From an uncultured Gemmatimonadales bacterium (GTDB lineage: Bacteria; Gemmatimonadota; Gemmatimonadetes; Longimicrobiales; RSA9), in contig CAWAMW010000015.1 of assembly GCA_963783305.1 (NCBI GenBank), positions 384,001 through 448,000 on the forward strand: a stretch of DNA of 64,000 nt. The letters run 5' to 3'. Position numbers and translations under genes: made by a program. Positions 37,801 to 45,750 of this stretch are shown here, one piece after another. Numbering within the stretch: position 1 is the first letter of the stretch; each line of letters starts with the position of its first letter. Below the pieces are notes generated by a model. That model was not told the origin of the DNA and made no database searches. It worked only from the letters and a program-made list of their open reading frames with translations.

Positions 37801-38263
37801 TCCCGAGAGCGCCCACCTGCTGACCGCGATCATCGAACAGCGGAGCAACGGAGGATTCGATCCAGCCCCGGCTGCCATCCTTGCGCAGCAGGCCGATCTC
37901 CCCGCGCCAGCTCCCGCTCTCCTCGACCGCTTTCAACACCTCCTTCAGCAGGGGCTCGCGCGACTCGGGGACGTGGAGGATCGATACCGGCTGCCCGAGC
38001 ATCTCTTCCCGCGTATACCCGTAAAGCAACTCCGACCCACGGTTCCAGTCCACCACCCGCCCCTCCATGTCCGTGACCAGGACCGCATCGAACACGTTCT
38101 CGAGGGCCTGTGCTCGCGCCCGGCGGATCAGATCGACGAAGACCGGCTCCTCCATGAGGGGAATGGCAGGAGCGTTCTGTTCTCGGGCCGCAGGGGGAAC
38201 AGGGCGAGTGGTGTCCATGTCAGCGGGCCTTGCGGGGGGCGGTCCTTCACCTATCAGATTCAT
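34838..38263 (-). CDS. Hybrid sensor kinase/response regulator: PAS x3, GAF, HisKA, HATPase, REC, AraC-HTH
   Basis: ISHEFRTPL, NLLSNALKF, DNGPGI, GTGIGL, VLVVEDD/VLSD/LTKPF, SRSQLYRK..RLERAAQLL..VGF; start 38263 or 38218. Confidence 0.92.
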   Translation of the reverse strand: MNLIGEGPPPARPADMDTTRPVPPAAREQNAPAIPLMEEPVFVDLIRRARAQALENVFDAVLVTDMEGRVVDWNRGSELLYGYTREEMLGQPVSILHVPESREPLLKEVLKAVEESGSWRGEIGLLRKDGSRGWIESSVAPLFDDRGQQVGALGINRDISARIAAAEELRSAETRFRSLVEHSLVGIHIVQGDRLVYVNPRFSEIVGYTSEELLSDITIMDLIAEEDRELVQRNLRKRLVGEETKEKYSFRGVKKSGEIIHVEVRGTRIELDGEYAVIGMVQDVTEQHKAGVLLRASEERYRLIVQASTDVFRDWDLTTGTVSWGPSAALALHYSPSEVSESIEWWTSRIHPDDRARVVRGLYAVLDGVGDSWSGEYSFRRGDGDYAVILDRAHVVRSVAGAPTRVMSSMHDVTQRRRSEEAQAFLARASALLDNSLDPEATLTSLARLSVPFLADCCIVHILDAGPDERLRPVAAVHADAECETQLADMESLPVRGSAETSPIVAAVHSGEPLLVADLRHDTRFSARADRPLGPAGPEGELHSLIVVPLVARGQVLGTLTLGGTEARRPYTPVDLGIAENLGGRAAQALENARLYHEARAAVQARSRLFADISHEFRTPLMLTLGPLDDLLEGLHGAIEGAQRSQVTMARRNAGRVLDLINQILDLARLEAGRMPLHAQPLDLTRFVRETAADFAPLAARKTLHLDIEAPDGPVSMDGDQEQLRKVLSNLLSNALKFTPDGGTVRVRLHADDKHAWLSVRDNGPGIAPRDLERVFDRFSRAEGEQGLPGGTGIGLALAREVVELHGGTLAVESEEGFGSTFTATLPLGIAGGTGAASGADPASGAHAAASYGDIRDRAVAPPGIPPVVEAAVPDAEAPSEDAEDAEDVTTVLVVEDDQEIRAYLRTHLARDYRVLEATNGTQGLEMVRSALPDLVLSDVTMPDMDGFDLCRAIKQDPETDFIPVVLLTARAAPEDRVAGLRQEADDYLTKPFRADELLARTANLIASRRRLRERFSGDPLTLHARAVDVESADQRFLEQVGNAIEANMDDETYTVERLAHDVAHSRSQLYRKLQDLLDESPSDLIRRMRLERAAQLLEQGAGSVSSIAYSVGFKSVSHFSNSFQDAFLVRPSAYRSRVVT

Positions 38264-38470
38264 AATACCGCATCTCCACGGGGCTTGAAAGAAGACCGTA
38301 AACGGGAGCGAAGTGATCCGCCGGGTGACTGTGGCGCCAGGAGCGCGATCGGAGTCGTCCACCGTGCCCCCAGGTTCCTGGCCGCCGTGATGTCCACGAG
38401 TCCGCAATGCCACCCCCCCCGGCAAGGCCGACGTGAAACCGGTATATGGGGTGATCCGTACCGCTCCATC

Positions 38471-40948
38471 ATGGAACAGCTGCGGCGGGACCTCGTCTAC
38501 GCCCTTCGCGGGCTTCGAGGCGCTCCCGGCTTCGCCCTGATCGCCATTGCCACGCTGGCGCTGGGGATCGGGGTCAACAGCACCATCTTCAGCGTAGTCA
38601 GCGCCGTGCTCTTCCGGCCACTGCCGGTCGAGCGGCCGGTCGAGCTCGTGGACGTGTACGGCCACGCCGCGACGGCGGGGACCCACGACTCCAGCTCCTA
38701 CCCGAACTACCTGGACTACAGGGAGCAGGCGAGCACCCTCACCGGCCTGGTTGCGTACACGAACTTCTTCGCCACGCTCACGCTGGAGGGGCGCTCGGAG
38801 CTGGTCGTGGGCGAGGCCGTATCCGACAACTACTTCGCTGTCCTGGGCGTTCGGCCCGCTCTCGGCCGGCCGTTCGTAGCCGAGGACTTCTCCGCACGAG
38901 GCACCTACCCGGTAACCATCGTGAGCCATCCGTTCTGGCGGAGCCGCCTGGGAGCGGACCCGGAGGCGGTCGGTCGGCCGGTCCGTATCAACGGCACGAC
39001 GTATACGGTGGTGGGGGTGGCGCCGCGGGGTTTCGGCGGGATGATGCCCGCCGTGACCGCGCAGCTGTGGATCCCGCTCGCCATGGTGGACGAGGTGGAG
39101 CCGCTGGGGAACCGGCGGTACACGGGCGGCGCCGGAGGGGTGTCGCTGCTGGACCGTCGCGGTCAGCACTTCCTGTGGCTGCGCGGGCGGATGGCGAAGG
39201 GAGCGCAGCTCGGCCAGGTGCAGGCGGAGCTCCAGTCGATCGCGGCTCGGCTCGCGGATGCGTACCCTGAGACCAACGAGCTCGAACGCGTGACCGTGCT
39301 CCGGACCCGCAATGTTTCGCTCAACCCGGACATCGACCGGACCGTGGCGCCGGCGGGGCTGGTGCTGATCGTGTCCGTCGGGCTCGTCCTCCTGGTGGCG
39401 TGCGCCAACCTGGCCAACATGATGCTCGCGCGAGCCACGTCCCGTCGCCGCGAGATGGCGCTCCGGCTCGCCCTCGGCGCGACCCGCGGCCGGCTGGTCC
39501 GCCAGATCCTGGCGGAGAGCATGGTGGTCGCGCTGGCGGGCGGCGCGATCGCCGTCCTCCTGGCGCGGTGGCTGACCACCCTCCTCGCCCGCTTTCAGCC
39601 GCCCCTCCCCATCGATCTCGGGCTCCGGGTGGACCCCGACTGGCGCGTGCTCCTCTTCACCTTCGGCCTGGCCGTGGCGACGGGCGTGGCGTTCGGCCTC
39701 TACCCCGCCCTCCGCGCGTCACGCCCGGAGCTGGTACCGGCGCTCAGGGACGCGGGCGAGGGCGAGGCGCGCGGCCGTCACGGGATCGAGCTGCGGGATG
39801 GGCTGGTGGTGGCCCAGGTCGCGTTTTCCCTGGTCCTGCTGGTCACAGGCGCCCTCCTGATGCGAAGCATGGGGCAGGCCGCACGCATCGACCTGGGATA
39901 CGACAGCGACCGGATCGCCCACCTCGGCATGGCGCTGGAGATGAACGGCTACACCGGCGCCGACGCCCGCGCACTCCTGGACGCCGGCACGCTTCGGCTC
40001 CGGGCACTGCCGGAGGTCAAGGCCGTCGGGCTCGCTTCGCGGGTCCCGCAGTCACTCAACAACAACGGGTTCGGCATCTTCATCGACGGCCACCAGGGCT
40101 CCAGCGCCGATACCCCGTACCGCCTCGACGGCGCCTACATCGACGACGGGTATTTCGAGGTGCTGCAGCTCCGCATCGTGGCCGGGCGCGGCATCGAGCC
40201 CGCCGACCGCGACGAGCGCCGGCGCGTGGCCGTGATCACCGAGACCATGGCCGCCAGGTTCTGGCCCGACGGCGACGCCCTGGGACGCGCCTTCCGGACA
40301 ACGTGGGAGGGGGAGCCATACGAGGTGGTGGGGATCGTGGAAGACTACAGGGTCGATACCCCCGGCGAGGCACCCAAATCGTACGTCCACCTTCCCCTCG
40401 ATCCCGCGGGAACCTACGCCAACTTCCTGGTGCGGACCGCCGCCCCCGCCGCGCCGCTGGTGCCGGCACTCGAGGCGGAGCTGCGCACGCTCGACCCGGA
40501 CCTCGTTTTCCTCGGCACCGGTACGCTCCGCCAGCTGGCCACCGTTCGCATATTTCCCATCCGCGCCGGCGCCTGGCTGATCGGCGCTGCCGGTATCCTC
40601 GCCCTGCTCCTCGCCGCTGTGGGGCTCTACGGCGTCATCGCGTTCTCCGTAAGCCGTCGCGTCCGCGAGATCGGCATCCGGAAAGCACTCGGCGCTCGCA
40701 CGGGCAGCGTGCTCGGCATGGTGCTGCGGAAGGGGATGACGCTCGTGCTGGTGGGCGGCGCCCTCGGCGCGGTTATGGCCGCCCTGGCGGCACGGGCGCT
40801 CTCCGCCGTCCTCTTCGTTGACGCCTTCGACCTGCTCAGCTTCGGTGCGGCCTTCGCCGTGCTCCTCCTCGTGGCCGCGCTCGCCAACTGGATACCGGCC
40901 CGACGCGCATCGCGCGTCGAGCCGATGACCGCGCTCCGGGGGCGCTGA
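38471..40948 (+). CDS. ADOP/MacB-FtsX duplicated ABC permease
   Basis: [68 protein letters not shown]. Confidence 0.93.
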   Translation: MEQLRRDLVYALRGLRGAPGFALIAIATLALGIGVNSTIFSVVSAVLFRPLPVERPVELVDVYGHAATAGTHDSSSYPNYLDYREQASTLTGLVAYTNFFATLTLEGRSELVVGEAVSDNYFAVLGVRPALGRPFVAEDFSARGTYPVTIVSHPFWRSRLGADPEAVGRPVRINGTTYTVVGVAPRGFGGMMPAVTAQLWIPLAMVDEVEPLGNRRYTGGAGGVSLLDRRGQHFLWLRGRMAKGAQLGQVQAELQSIAARLADAYPETNELERVTVLRTRNVSLNPDIDRTVAPAGLVLIVSVGLVLLVACANLANMMLARATSRRREMALRLALGATRGRLVRQILAESMVVALAGGAIAVLLARWLTTLLARFQPPLPIDLGLRVDPDWRVLLFTFGLAVATGVAFGLYPALRASRPELVPALRDAGEGEARGRHGIELRDGLVVAQVAFSLVLLVTGALLMRSMGQAARIDLGYDSDRIAHLGMALEMNGYTGADARALLDAGTLRLRALPEVKAVGLASRVPQSLNNNGFGIFIDGHQGSSADTPYRLDGAYIDDGYFEVLQLRIVAGRGIEPADRDERRRVAVITETMAARFWPDGDALGRAFRTTWEGEPYEVVGIVEDYRVDTPGEAPKSYVHLPLDPAGTYANFLVRTAAPAAPLVPALEAELRTLDPDLVFLGTGTLRQLATVRIFPIRAGAWLIGAAGILALLLAAVGLYGVIAFSVSRRVREIGIRKALGARTGSVLGMVLRKGMTLVLVGGALGAVMAALAARALSAVLFVDAFDLLSFGAAFAVLLLVAALANWIPARRASRVEPMTALRGR

Positions 40949-40988
40949 CCCCCGAGCGCCGGGGACATCCCCCGAGCCCTGCTCTCGT

Positions 40989-41020
40989 GCCGCCAGACCG
41001 GCGGCTCAGCCCACTCTTCA
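40989..41020 (-). promoter_or_regulatory. Putative bacterial SECIS element
   Basis: Minus strand TGA AGA GTG GGC TGA GCCGCC GGTCT GGCGGC: 6-bp GC stem, loop starting GGT at +22 to +24 from the first TGA. Confidence 0.7.
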
Positions 41021-41224
41021 GCCGCCGCCCGTCCAGGTGCTGGTCGAGCATGCCCCCGCTCCCCCACCACCGGACCCACCAGTGACGGACGCGGTGGACA
41101 TCCCCAGCTCCGTCTCATCGCTCCCGCAGTCGGGGCAGCTCGGCGCTTCCGCGCGTTCGCTCATCCGGCGCATGGCCTCGAAGCGTCGATTGCACGCGGC
41201 GCAGCGGTATTCGTAGATTGGCAT
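41006..41224 (-). CDS. FmdB family zinc-ribbon protein, probable selenoprotein (U69); ends at 41018 if TGA is a plain stop
   Basis: [25 protein letters not shown]; tail [21 protein letters not shown] followed by a SECIS-like hairpin. Confidence 0.85.
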
Positions 41225-41233
41225 GGCGTCCTT

Positions 41234-41281
41234 TACTATTCTAGTAGACAGTACAGTAATATTACCCCGCCGCCCTGCCAA
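41234..41281 (-). promoter_or_regulatory. Sigma70-type promoter plus palindromic operator for the zinc-ribbon gene
   Basis: Minus strand TTGGCA (41281-41276), 17 nt, TACTGT (41258-41253); TACTA-ttc-TAGTA (41234-41246) over the expected start site; GTAATATTAC palindrome (41256-41265). Confidence 0.55.
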
Positions 41282-41374
41282 GGGGCGGGGGCGGGTGGAG
41301 CAGGAGGCTTGCCCGCGGCGGCCGGAGCAGAGTCGAGGCCGACTGACCCCTCTCTCAATGAACCAGAGGCCCGC

Positions 41375-41830
41375 ATGTTCAAGGAATTCAGGGAATTCGC
41401 TGTTCGCGGCAACGTGATCGACATGGCCGTGGGGATCATCATCGGGGCGGCGTTCGGCGGAATCGTGCAGTCGCTGGTGAAGGACATCCTGATGCCCCCG
41501 ATCGGACTGCTGTTGGGCGATGTGGATTTCGCGGACCTGTTCATCCTGCTGAAGGAGGGTGCGGAGTCGGCGCCGTACGCGACGCTGGAAGCCGCAAGCG
41601 CGGCCGGCGCGGTGACGATCAACTATGGGGTGTTCCTGAACGCGCTGATCAGTTTCATGATCGTGGCGTTCGCGGTCTTCCTGCTGGTGCGCTACATGAA
41701 CAGGCTTCAGCGCCCGGTGGAAGCGTCGGGCCCGGTGGTCCCCACGATAAAGCGGTGCGAGCACTGCGCCACGGAGATCCCCATCGCCGCGAAGCGCTGT
41801 CCCAACTGCACGTCGCAGCTGACGGAGTGA
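41375..41830 (+). CDS. mscL: Large-conductance mechanosensitive channel with C-terminal CxxC..CxxC extension
   Basis: [35 protein letters not shown]; tail CEHC..CPNC. Confidence 0.95.
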   Translation: MFKEFREFAVRGNVIDMAVGIIIGAAFGGIVQSLVKDILMPPIGLLLGDVDFADLFILLKEGAESAPYATLEAASAAGAVTINYGVFLNALISFMIVAFAVFLLVRYMNRLQRPVEASGPVVPTIKRCEHCATEIPIAAKRCPNCTSQLTE

Positions 41831-42076
41831 TTGCAGGGGGCCGAGCGAACGGTCGCGTGCGCTCCCCAGTGGCTTCGCTCCGTCTTTCCTTCCACGTCTC
41901 GCCGCCACAGCCGGAAGGAAGAGCGCACGTCCAGTCGACGCCGCGCGCAGCGCGGTCGCCTCGCGCGCAGCGCGGGCGATCGACCCCCCGCGCCAGCGGG
42001 GTCCTCGGGAAGCGAAGCGCCCCCGAGGATCGACCCTCGCCCGGCCCCCCTCGGCTCTTTCAGCGGCGCTGCTACC

Positions 42077-42679
42077 CTAGTTGGCCCCCGGGCCCACCGG
42101 CGCCGGGCCACGGGGCTGACTGGCGACGATCTCGTCCAGCCGCTCGATCAGCGCTTCGGCCTCCGGGTCGATCTCGGTCATGCGAGCGCGGTGCGCGGCC
42201 TCGAACTCCTGGATCGACTCACGGATCTCCGGGCGCTCGAGAACGGCGGCCTGAAGCTGCTGGACTTCCTGCTGGAGTCCGTTGGCGCCCAACCGGAGGT
42301 TCTGGAGCGCGGCCTGGTCACTGGCCTGCTGAGCGGCGGTCATCTTCTCCTGGAACTCCTCCATCCGGTCCACGAGCTCCGGGTTTTCTTCCCGCATGGC
42401 GGCCTGGACGCGCGCCTGCAGCTCCGCGAGCTGAGAGGCGAGCTCTTCGTCCTGCAGGGCCTGACGGCTGATGGGCTCCAGGCGCTGCTGGATCTGCTGG
42501 ACCTCCATGACCTGCTGCATGGTCTCGGCGCCCATGGGCATCTGCCCCTGCCCGGCGGGCTGCTCGGCCGCCGCGTCCGCTGCTTCGGAGTCGTTTTCCC
42601 CGTCGCTATCGCAGGCGGCGGCGGTGAGGAGCGTCAGAACCAGCATGCCGTAGATCTTCGCTTTGTGCATCGAACCCAT
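42077..42679 (-). CDS. Gln-rich helical lipoprotein
   Basis: Lipobox AAAC; coiled-coil Q/E-rich body. Confidence 0.75.
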   Translation of the reverse strand: MGSMHKAKIYGMLVLTLLTAAACDSDGENDSEAADAAAEQPAGQGQMPMGAETMQQVMEVQQIQQRLEPISRQALQDEELASQLAELQARVQAAMREENPELVDRMEEFQEKMTAAQQASDQAALQNLRLGANGLQQEVQQLQAAVLERPEIRESIQEFEAAHRARMTEIDPEAEALIERLDEIVASQPRGPAPVGPGAN

Positions 42680-42807
42680 CTTTCTTCGAGTCTAGGTGCC
42701 CCCGGTCTTCCAGGGCGTGCTCATACGCCCGGGCGAGCGTTTAGGTCCCGCGGGCGATCGGGCCCGGTGGGGCTGCGGGTGGCGGGGGCCCGCCCTATAC
42801 TTCGCGG

Positions 42808-43377
42808 ATGGAACCTGAACAGTGGATGTCGCTGTGGCCGGAGCTGGTGGCCAACACGATCGGAGTGCTGCTGGGCGGCATCGGCGCCCTCGCGCTTGCG
42901 CGCTGGCAGCTGCACCGGCGGTCGGCGGAGGAGCGGGAGCGCACACGCGAGCACGTGAAAGCGGTCCTGGACTGGGCGCGGCTGGAGCTGGATGAGAACC
43001 TCGAGCTCATCGAGGAGCTGCAGCGGGTCTTCAGCCGCGACCGTGCCGGTCGGGCCGACCTGCTCCGATGGGCGGCGACGATCGGCGATGCCCTCTCTCT
43101 CGAGGCGCACGCGGAGCTGGTCCGTGGGGGTCACCATCGTCGGCTGCCGGGAGCGGTGGAGACGCAGTTCCTCCGTGCGTACCAGGCGGTGCGTGCGCTC
43201 CGCAACTCGCTGCGTCAGGCGGAGCCCGCGGTGAGCTTCTACGTCGGGTGCTGCGGCGAGGAGGAGTCGGCGCAGCGGCTGGTAGTGGAGCTGGAGGAGC
43301 GGATCGACAGGGGCCGGGAGCAGGTCGCGCGGTCGCGCGAGATCCTGGAGTCGCTCGAGCTGCCGACCCCCGCGTGA
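42808..43377 (+). CDS. Hypothetical protein with one N-terminal TM helix
   Basis: Hydrophobic N-terminus and helical body; 10 bp upstream of the next gene. Confidence 0.6.
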   Translation: MEPEQWMSLWPELVANTIGVLLGGIGALALARWQLHRRSAEERERTREHVKAVLDWARLELDENLELIEELQRVFSRDRAGRADLLRWAATIGDALSLEAHAELVRGGHHRRLPGAVETQFLRAYQAVRALRNSLRQAEPAVSFYVGCCGEEESAQRLVVELEERIDRGREQVARSREILESLELPTPA

Positions 43378-43387
43378 ACCGCGGCGC

Positions 43388-44635
43388 ATGACGCCACGGC
43401 GGATGACGATCATCGGGGCCGGAGCCGCCGGCCTGATGGCGGCGATCCATGCGGCCGGGCCGGGCCGGCAGGTAACGCTGGTCGAGCGCACGAAGGATGG
43501 CGGTCGGAAGATCCTCATCAGCGGCGGGGGACGCTGCAACATTCTGCCCTCGAGCTGGCGCCCCGAGCAGTACGTGACGGCGTCGTCCCCCAACACGCTG
43601 CGCAACATGTTGCGCTCCTGGCCGCTCGCGGAGCAGCGCCGGTTCTTCGAAAATACGCTGGGGCTCCGCCTCGCCCTGGAGGAGGAGAATGGAAAGCTCT
43701 TCCCGGTCTCCAACAGCGCGCGGGACGTACGGGATCGCCTGATCGCGCACGCGCGCGAGCGGGGGGTCCACATCCGATTCGAGACGCGGGTTACCGGGCT
43801 ACGCCCCGCGGGCGCCGATGGGTGGGAGGTCCGCGTCGCCGAAGGAGATTCGATCCGGTCGGACGCGGTGGTCGTGGCGACGGGCGGCCTCTCGGTGCCG
43901 GCCACGGGCAGCGACGGGACGGGGCTCCGTCTCCTCGAGACGCTGGGCCACACGATTCACCCGCTCTATCCGGCGCTGACGCCGCTCACCGCGGAGCCGC
44001 CGCGCCACGCTCCGCTCGCCGGTGTCTCGCTCGACGTTGCAATCGAGGCGCCGCTGGAGCGGGGGGCGTTCGAGAGCGCTGGCGGCTTTCTCTTCACCCA
44101 CCGCGGCTACAGCGGCCCGGCCGTGCTGAACGTATCCCACCTGGCGGTCCGGCATCGGCTGGCGGGGGGCCTGCCCGGGGAACGCCCCATCCACGTCCGG
44201 TGGACGGGCGAGGACTCGGCTACGTGGGATCGCGCGCTGGTGGAGGAGCCCTCCGGCACCGTCGCGTCCCTGCTCCGCCGCCGACTTCCGACGCGGCTCG
44301 CGGATGCGCTGATCCGGGAATCCAGGGTCCAGCCGGACCGATCGCTGGCCCAGCTCCAGCGCGAGGAGCGCGGTCGACTCGTGGACGTCCTCGCCCGGTA
44401 TCCGCTCCCCTGGACCGGCGATGAGGGCTACAAGAAGGCCGAAGTGACAGGGGGCGGGGTCGCCCTCGACGAGGTGGACCCGCGCACGCTGGAGAGCCGT
44501 GTGGCTCCCGGCCTGTTCCTGTGCGGTGAGCTCCTGGACGCTTTTGGGCCGATCGGCGGCTACAACTTCCTCTGGGGGTGGGCCACGGGTCGCGCGGCCG
44601 GCCTCGGCGCCGCCGGGGACCGCCCCGAGCGCTGA
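43388..44635 (+). CDS. HI0933/BaiN-like flavoprotein oxidoreductase
   Basis: IGAGAAGLMAA, GRKILISGGGRCN, ATGGLS, LFTHRGYSGP, VTGGGV, GPIGGYN. Confidence 0.93.
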   Translation: MTPRRMTIIGAGAAGLMAAIHAAGPGRQVTLVERTKDGGRKILISGGGRCNILPSSWRPEQYVTASSPNTLRNMLRSWPLAEQRRFFENTLGLRLALEEENGKLFPVSNSARDVRDRLIAHARERGVHIRFETRVTGLRPAGADGWEVRVAEGDSIRSDAVVVATGGLSVPATGSDGTGLRLLETLGHTIHPLYPALTPLTAEPPRHAPLAGVSLDVAIEAPLERGAFESAGGFLFTHRGYSGPAVLNVSHLAVRHRLAGGLPGERPIHVRWTGEDSATWDRALVEEPSGTVASLLRRRLPTRLADALIRESRVQPDRSLAQLQREERGRLVDVLARYPLPWTGDEGYKKAEVTGGGVALDEVDPRTLESRVAPGLFLCGELLDAFGPIGGYNFLWGWATGRAAGLGAAGDRPER

Positions 44636-45750
44636 GCCAGGCGTGAACGGCGCCGCGGCTGGCCCCGGCGCGACCGCGGTCCCTGGCGCGACAGCTGGAG
44701 CAGGTAGGCACCGGCACCGGTGGCGGAGATCAGGGCCAGCGCCACGCCGCCGATGAAGGTCAGCACCGTGTACGCGGTGCTCCCCACCATGCCGGCGTGC
44801 AGCGGATAGATCGCGTGAGTCGCCCGATCCCCCGGGGCGGCCGCACATGCATCGACGCTCCGCAGCACTCCGCCTGCCGGATCCACATGGACGTACGATC
44901 GCCCGTTCGGATGCAGCTCACAGGGTCGCCGCAGTCTGAACCCGTGGGCCGCTGAGGGATCGGCCGGCGGGTAGTAGAAGACCAGCCGCGCGTCCGGGAA
45001 CACCTCCAGGGCGCGCGCGAAGATCGTCGGAACGGTGGGGGCGGAAGGGGCGGCCGCGGGCACGGGCGACGGGGTCAGCGGCGCGGGCTCCGCGGCCACG
45101 GCGTCGCCAAACACCCCGTTCAGCAGCGCGCGGGCCTCGGCATGGAAGACCATCCCGCTGCCGGTCAGAAGGAGAAGGATCAGGATGGGCGCGGTGAGGG
45201 TCCCGAGATCCCGGTGCGAGATCAGGAGGAGTCGCCTCGTGAGGTCGCGTGGCCAGAGGGTCCGGAGTGAGAATCGCCGGCGGGACGGCCACCAGAGGAT
45301 GACGCCGGTGATCGCGAGCAGCGCGCCGAGGATCCCTGCGACGCCGCCGATCGTATGCCCCGCGTCCCCCGCCATCAGGTGCGCGTGGAGGTCGAAGAGG
45401 AAGGCCATGGGCCGATCCCTCGCTCCCCACTCGTCAATGACCGCGTGGTCCGTGGCCGACAGGAAGGCCTCGCCGTCCTCCAGGTACAGGTGGTAGGCGG
45501 GGACGCCCGGCTCCGGCAGCTTTACCGAACGGAGCGCGTCCCCGAAGTAGGCCGACGCCCGGGCGGCCGCCGCCGCGTGGTCGGCGGGCCCGAGATCGGG
45601 CGCGGGCGCACGCAGCTCGGGGTACACGGCCCTCCAGTACGGCTTCTTCAGGACGAGCGCCGAGCCGGTGACAGCCAGAACCAGCAGGAGCAGGGACAGG
45701 CCCACCCCGATGTAGAGGTGGACCTGTCGCAGCAGCGGCCGCATCGCCAC
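44560..45750 (-). CDS. PepSY-associated TM helix protein
   Basis: HLYIG, FDLHAHL, TGVILWWP, HRDLG, YPLHAG; directly follows the TonB receptor. Confidence 0.9.
   Translation of the reverse strand: MAMRPLLRQVHLYIGVGLSLLLLVLAVTGSALVLKKPYWRAVYPELRAPAPDLGPADHAAAAARASAYFGDALRSVKLPEPGVPAYHLYLEDGEAFLSATDHAVIDEWGARDRPMAFLFDLHAHLMAGDAGHTIGGVAGILGALLAITGVILWWPSRRRFSLRTLWPRDLTRRLLLISHRDLGTLTAPILILLLLTGSGMVFHAEARALLNGVFGDAVAAEPAPLTPSPVPAAAPSAPTVPTIFARALEVFPDARLVFYYPPADPSAAHGFRLRRPCELHPNGRSYVHVDPAGGVLRSVDACAAAPGDRATHAIYPLHAGMVGSTAYTVLTFIGGVALALISATGAGAYLLQLSRQGPRSRRGQPRRRSRLAQRSGRSPAAPRPAARPVAHPQRKL

Noticed and set aside
36701..39169. Apparent 2.4-kb overlap of the 1415-aa and 1443-aa ORFs
   Set aside because: Both are over-extended starts; the recognisable proteins begin at 38471 (+) and about 38263 (-) and do not overlap
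41006..41008. Second TGA as another selenocysteine
   Set aside because: The hairpin starts immediately after it (wrong spacing), and readthrough runs antisense into the permease with non-protein-like sequence
41225..41908. Long N-terminal extension of the zinc-ribbon ORF (296 aa)
   Set aside because: Antisense to mscL; the family start MPIYEY with an RBS is at 41224
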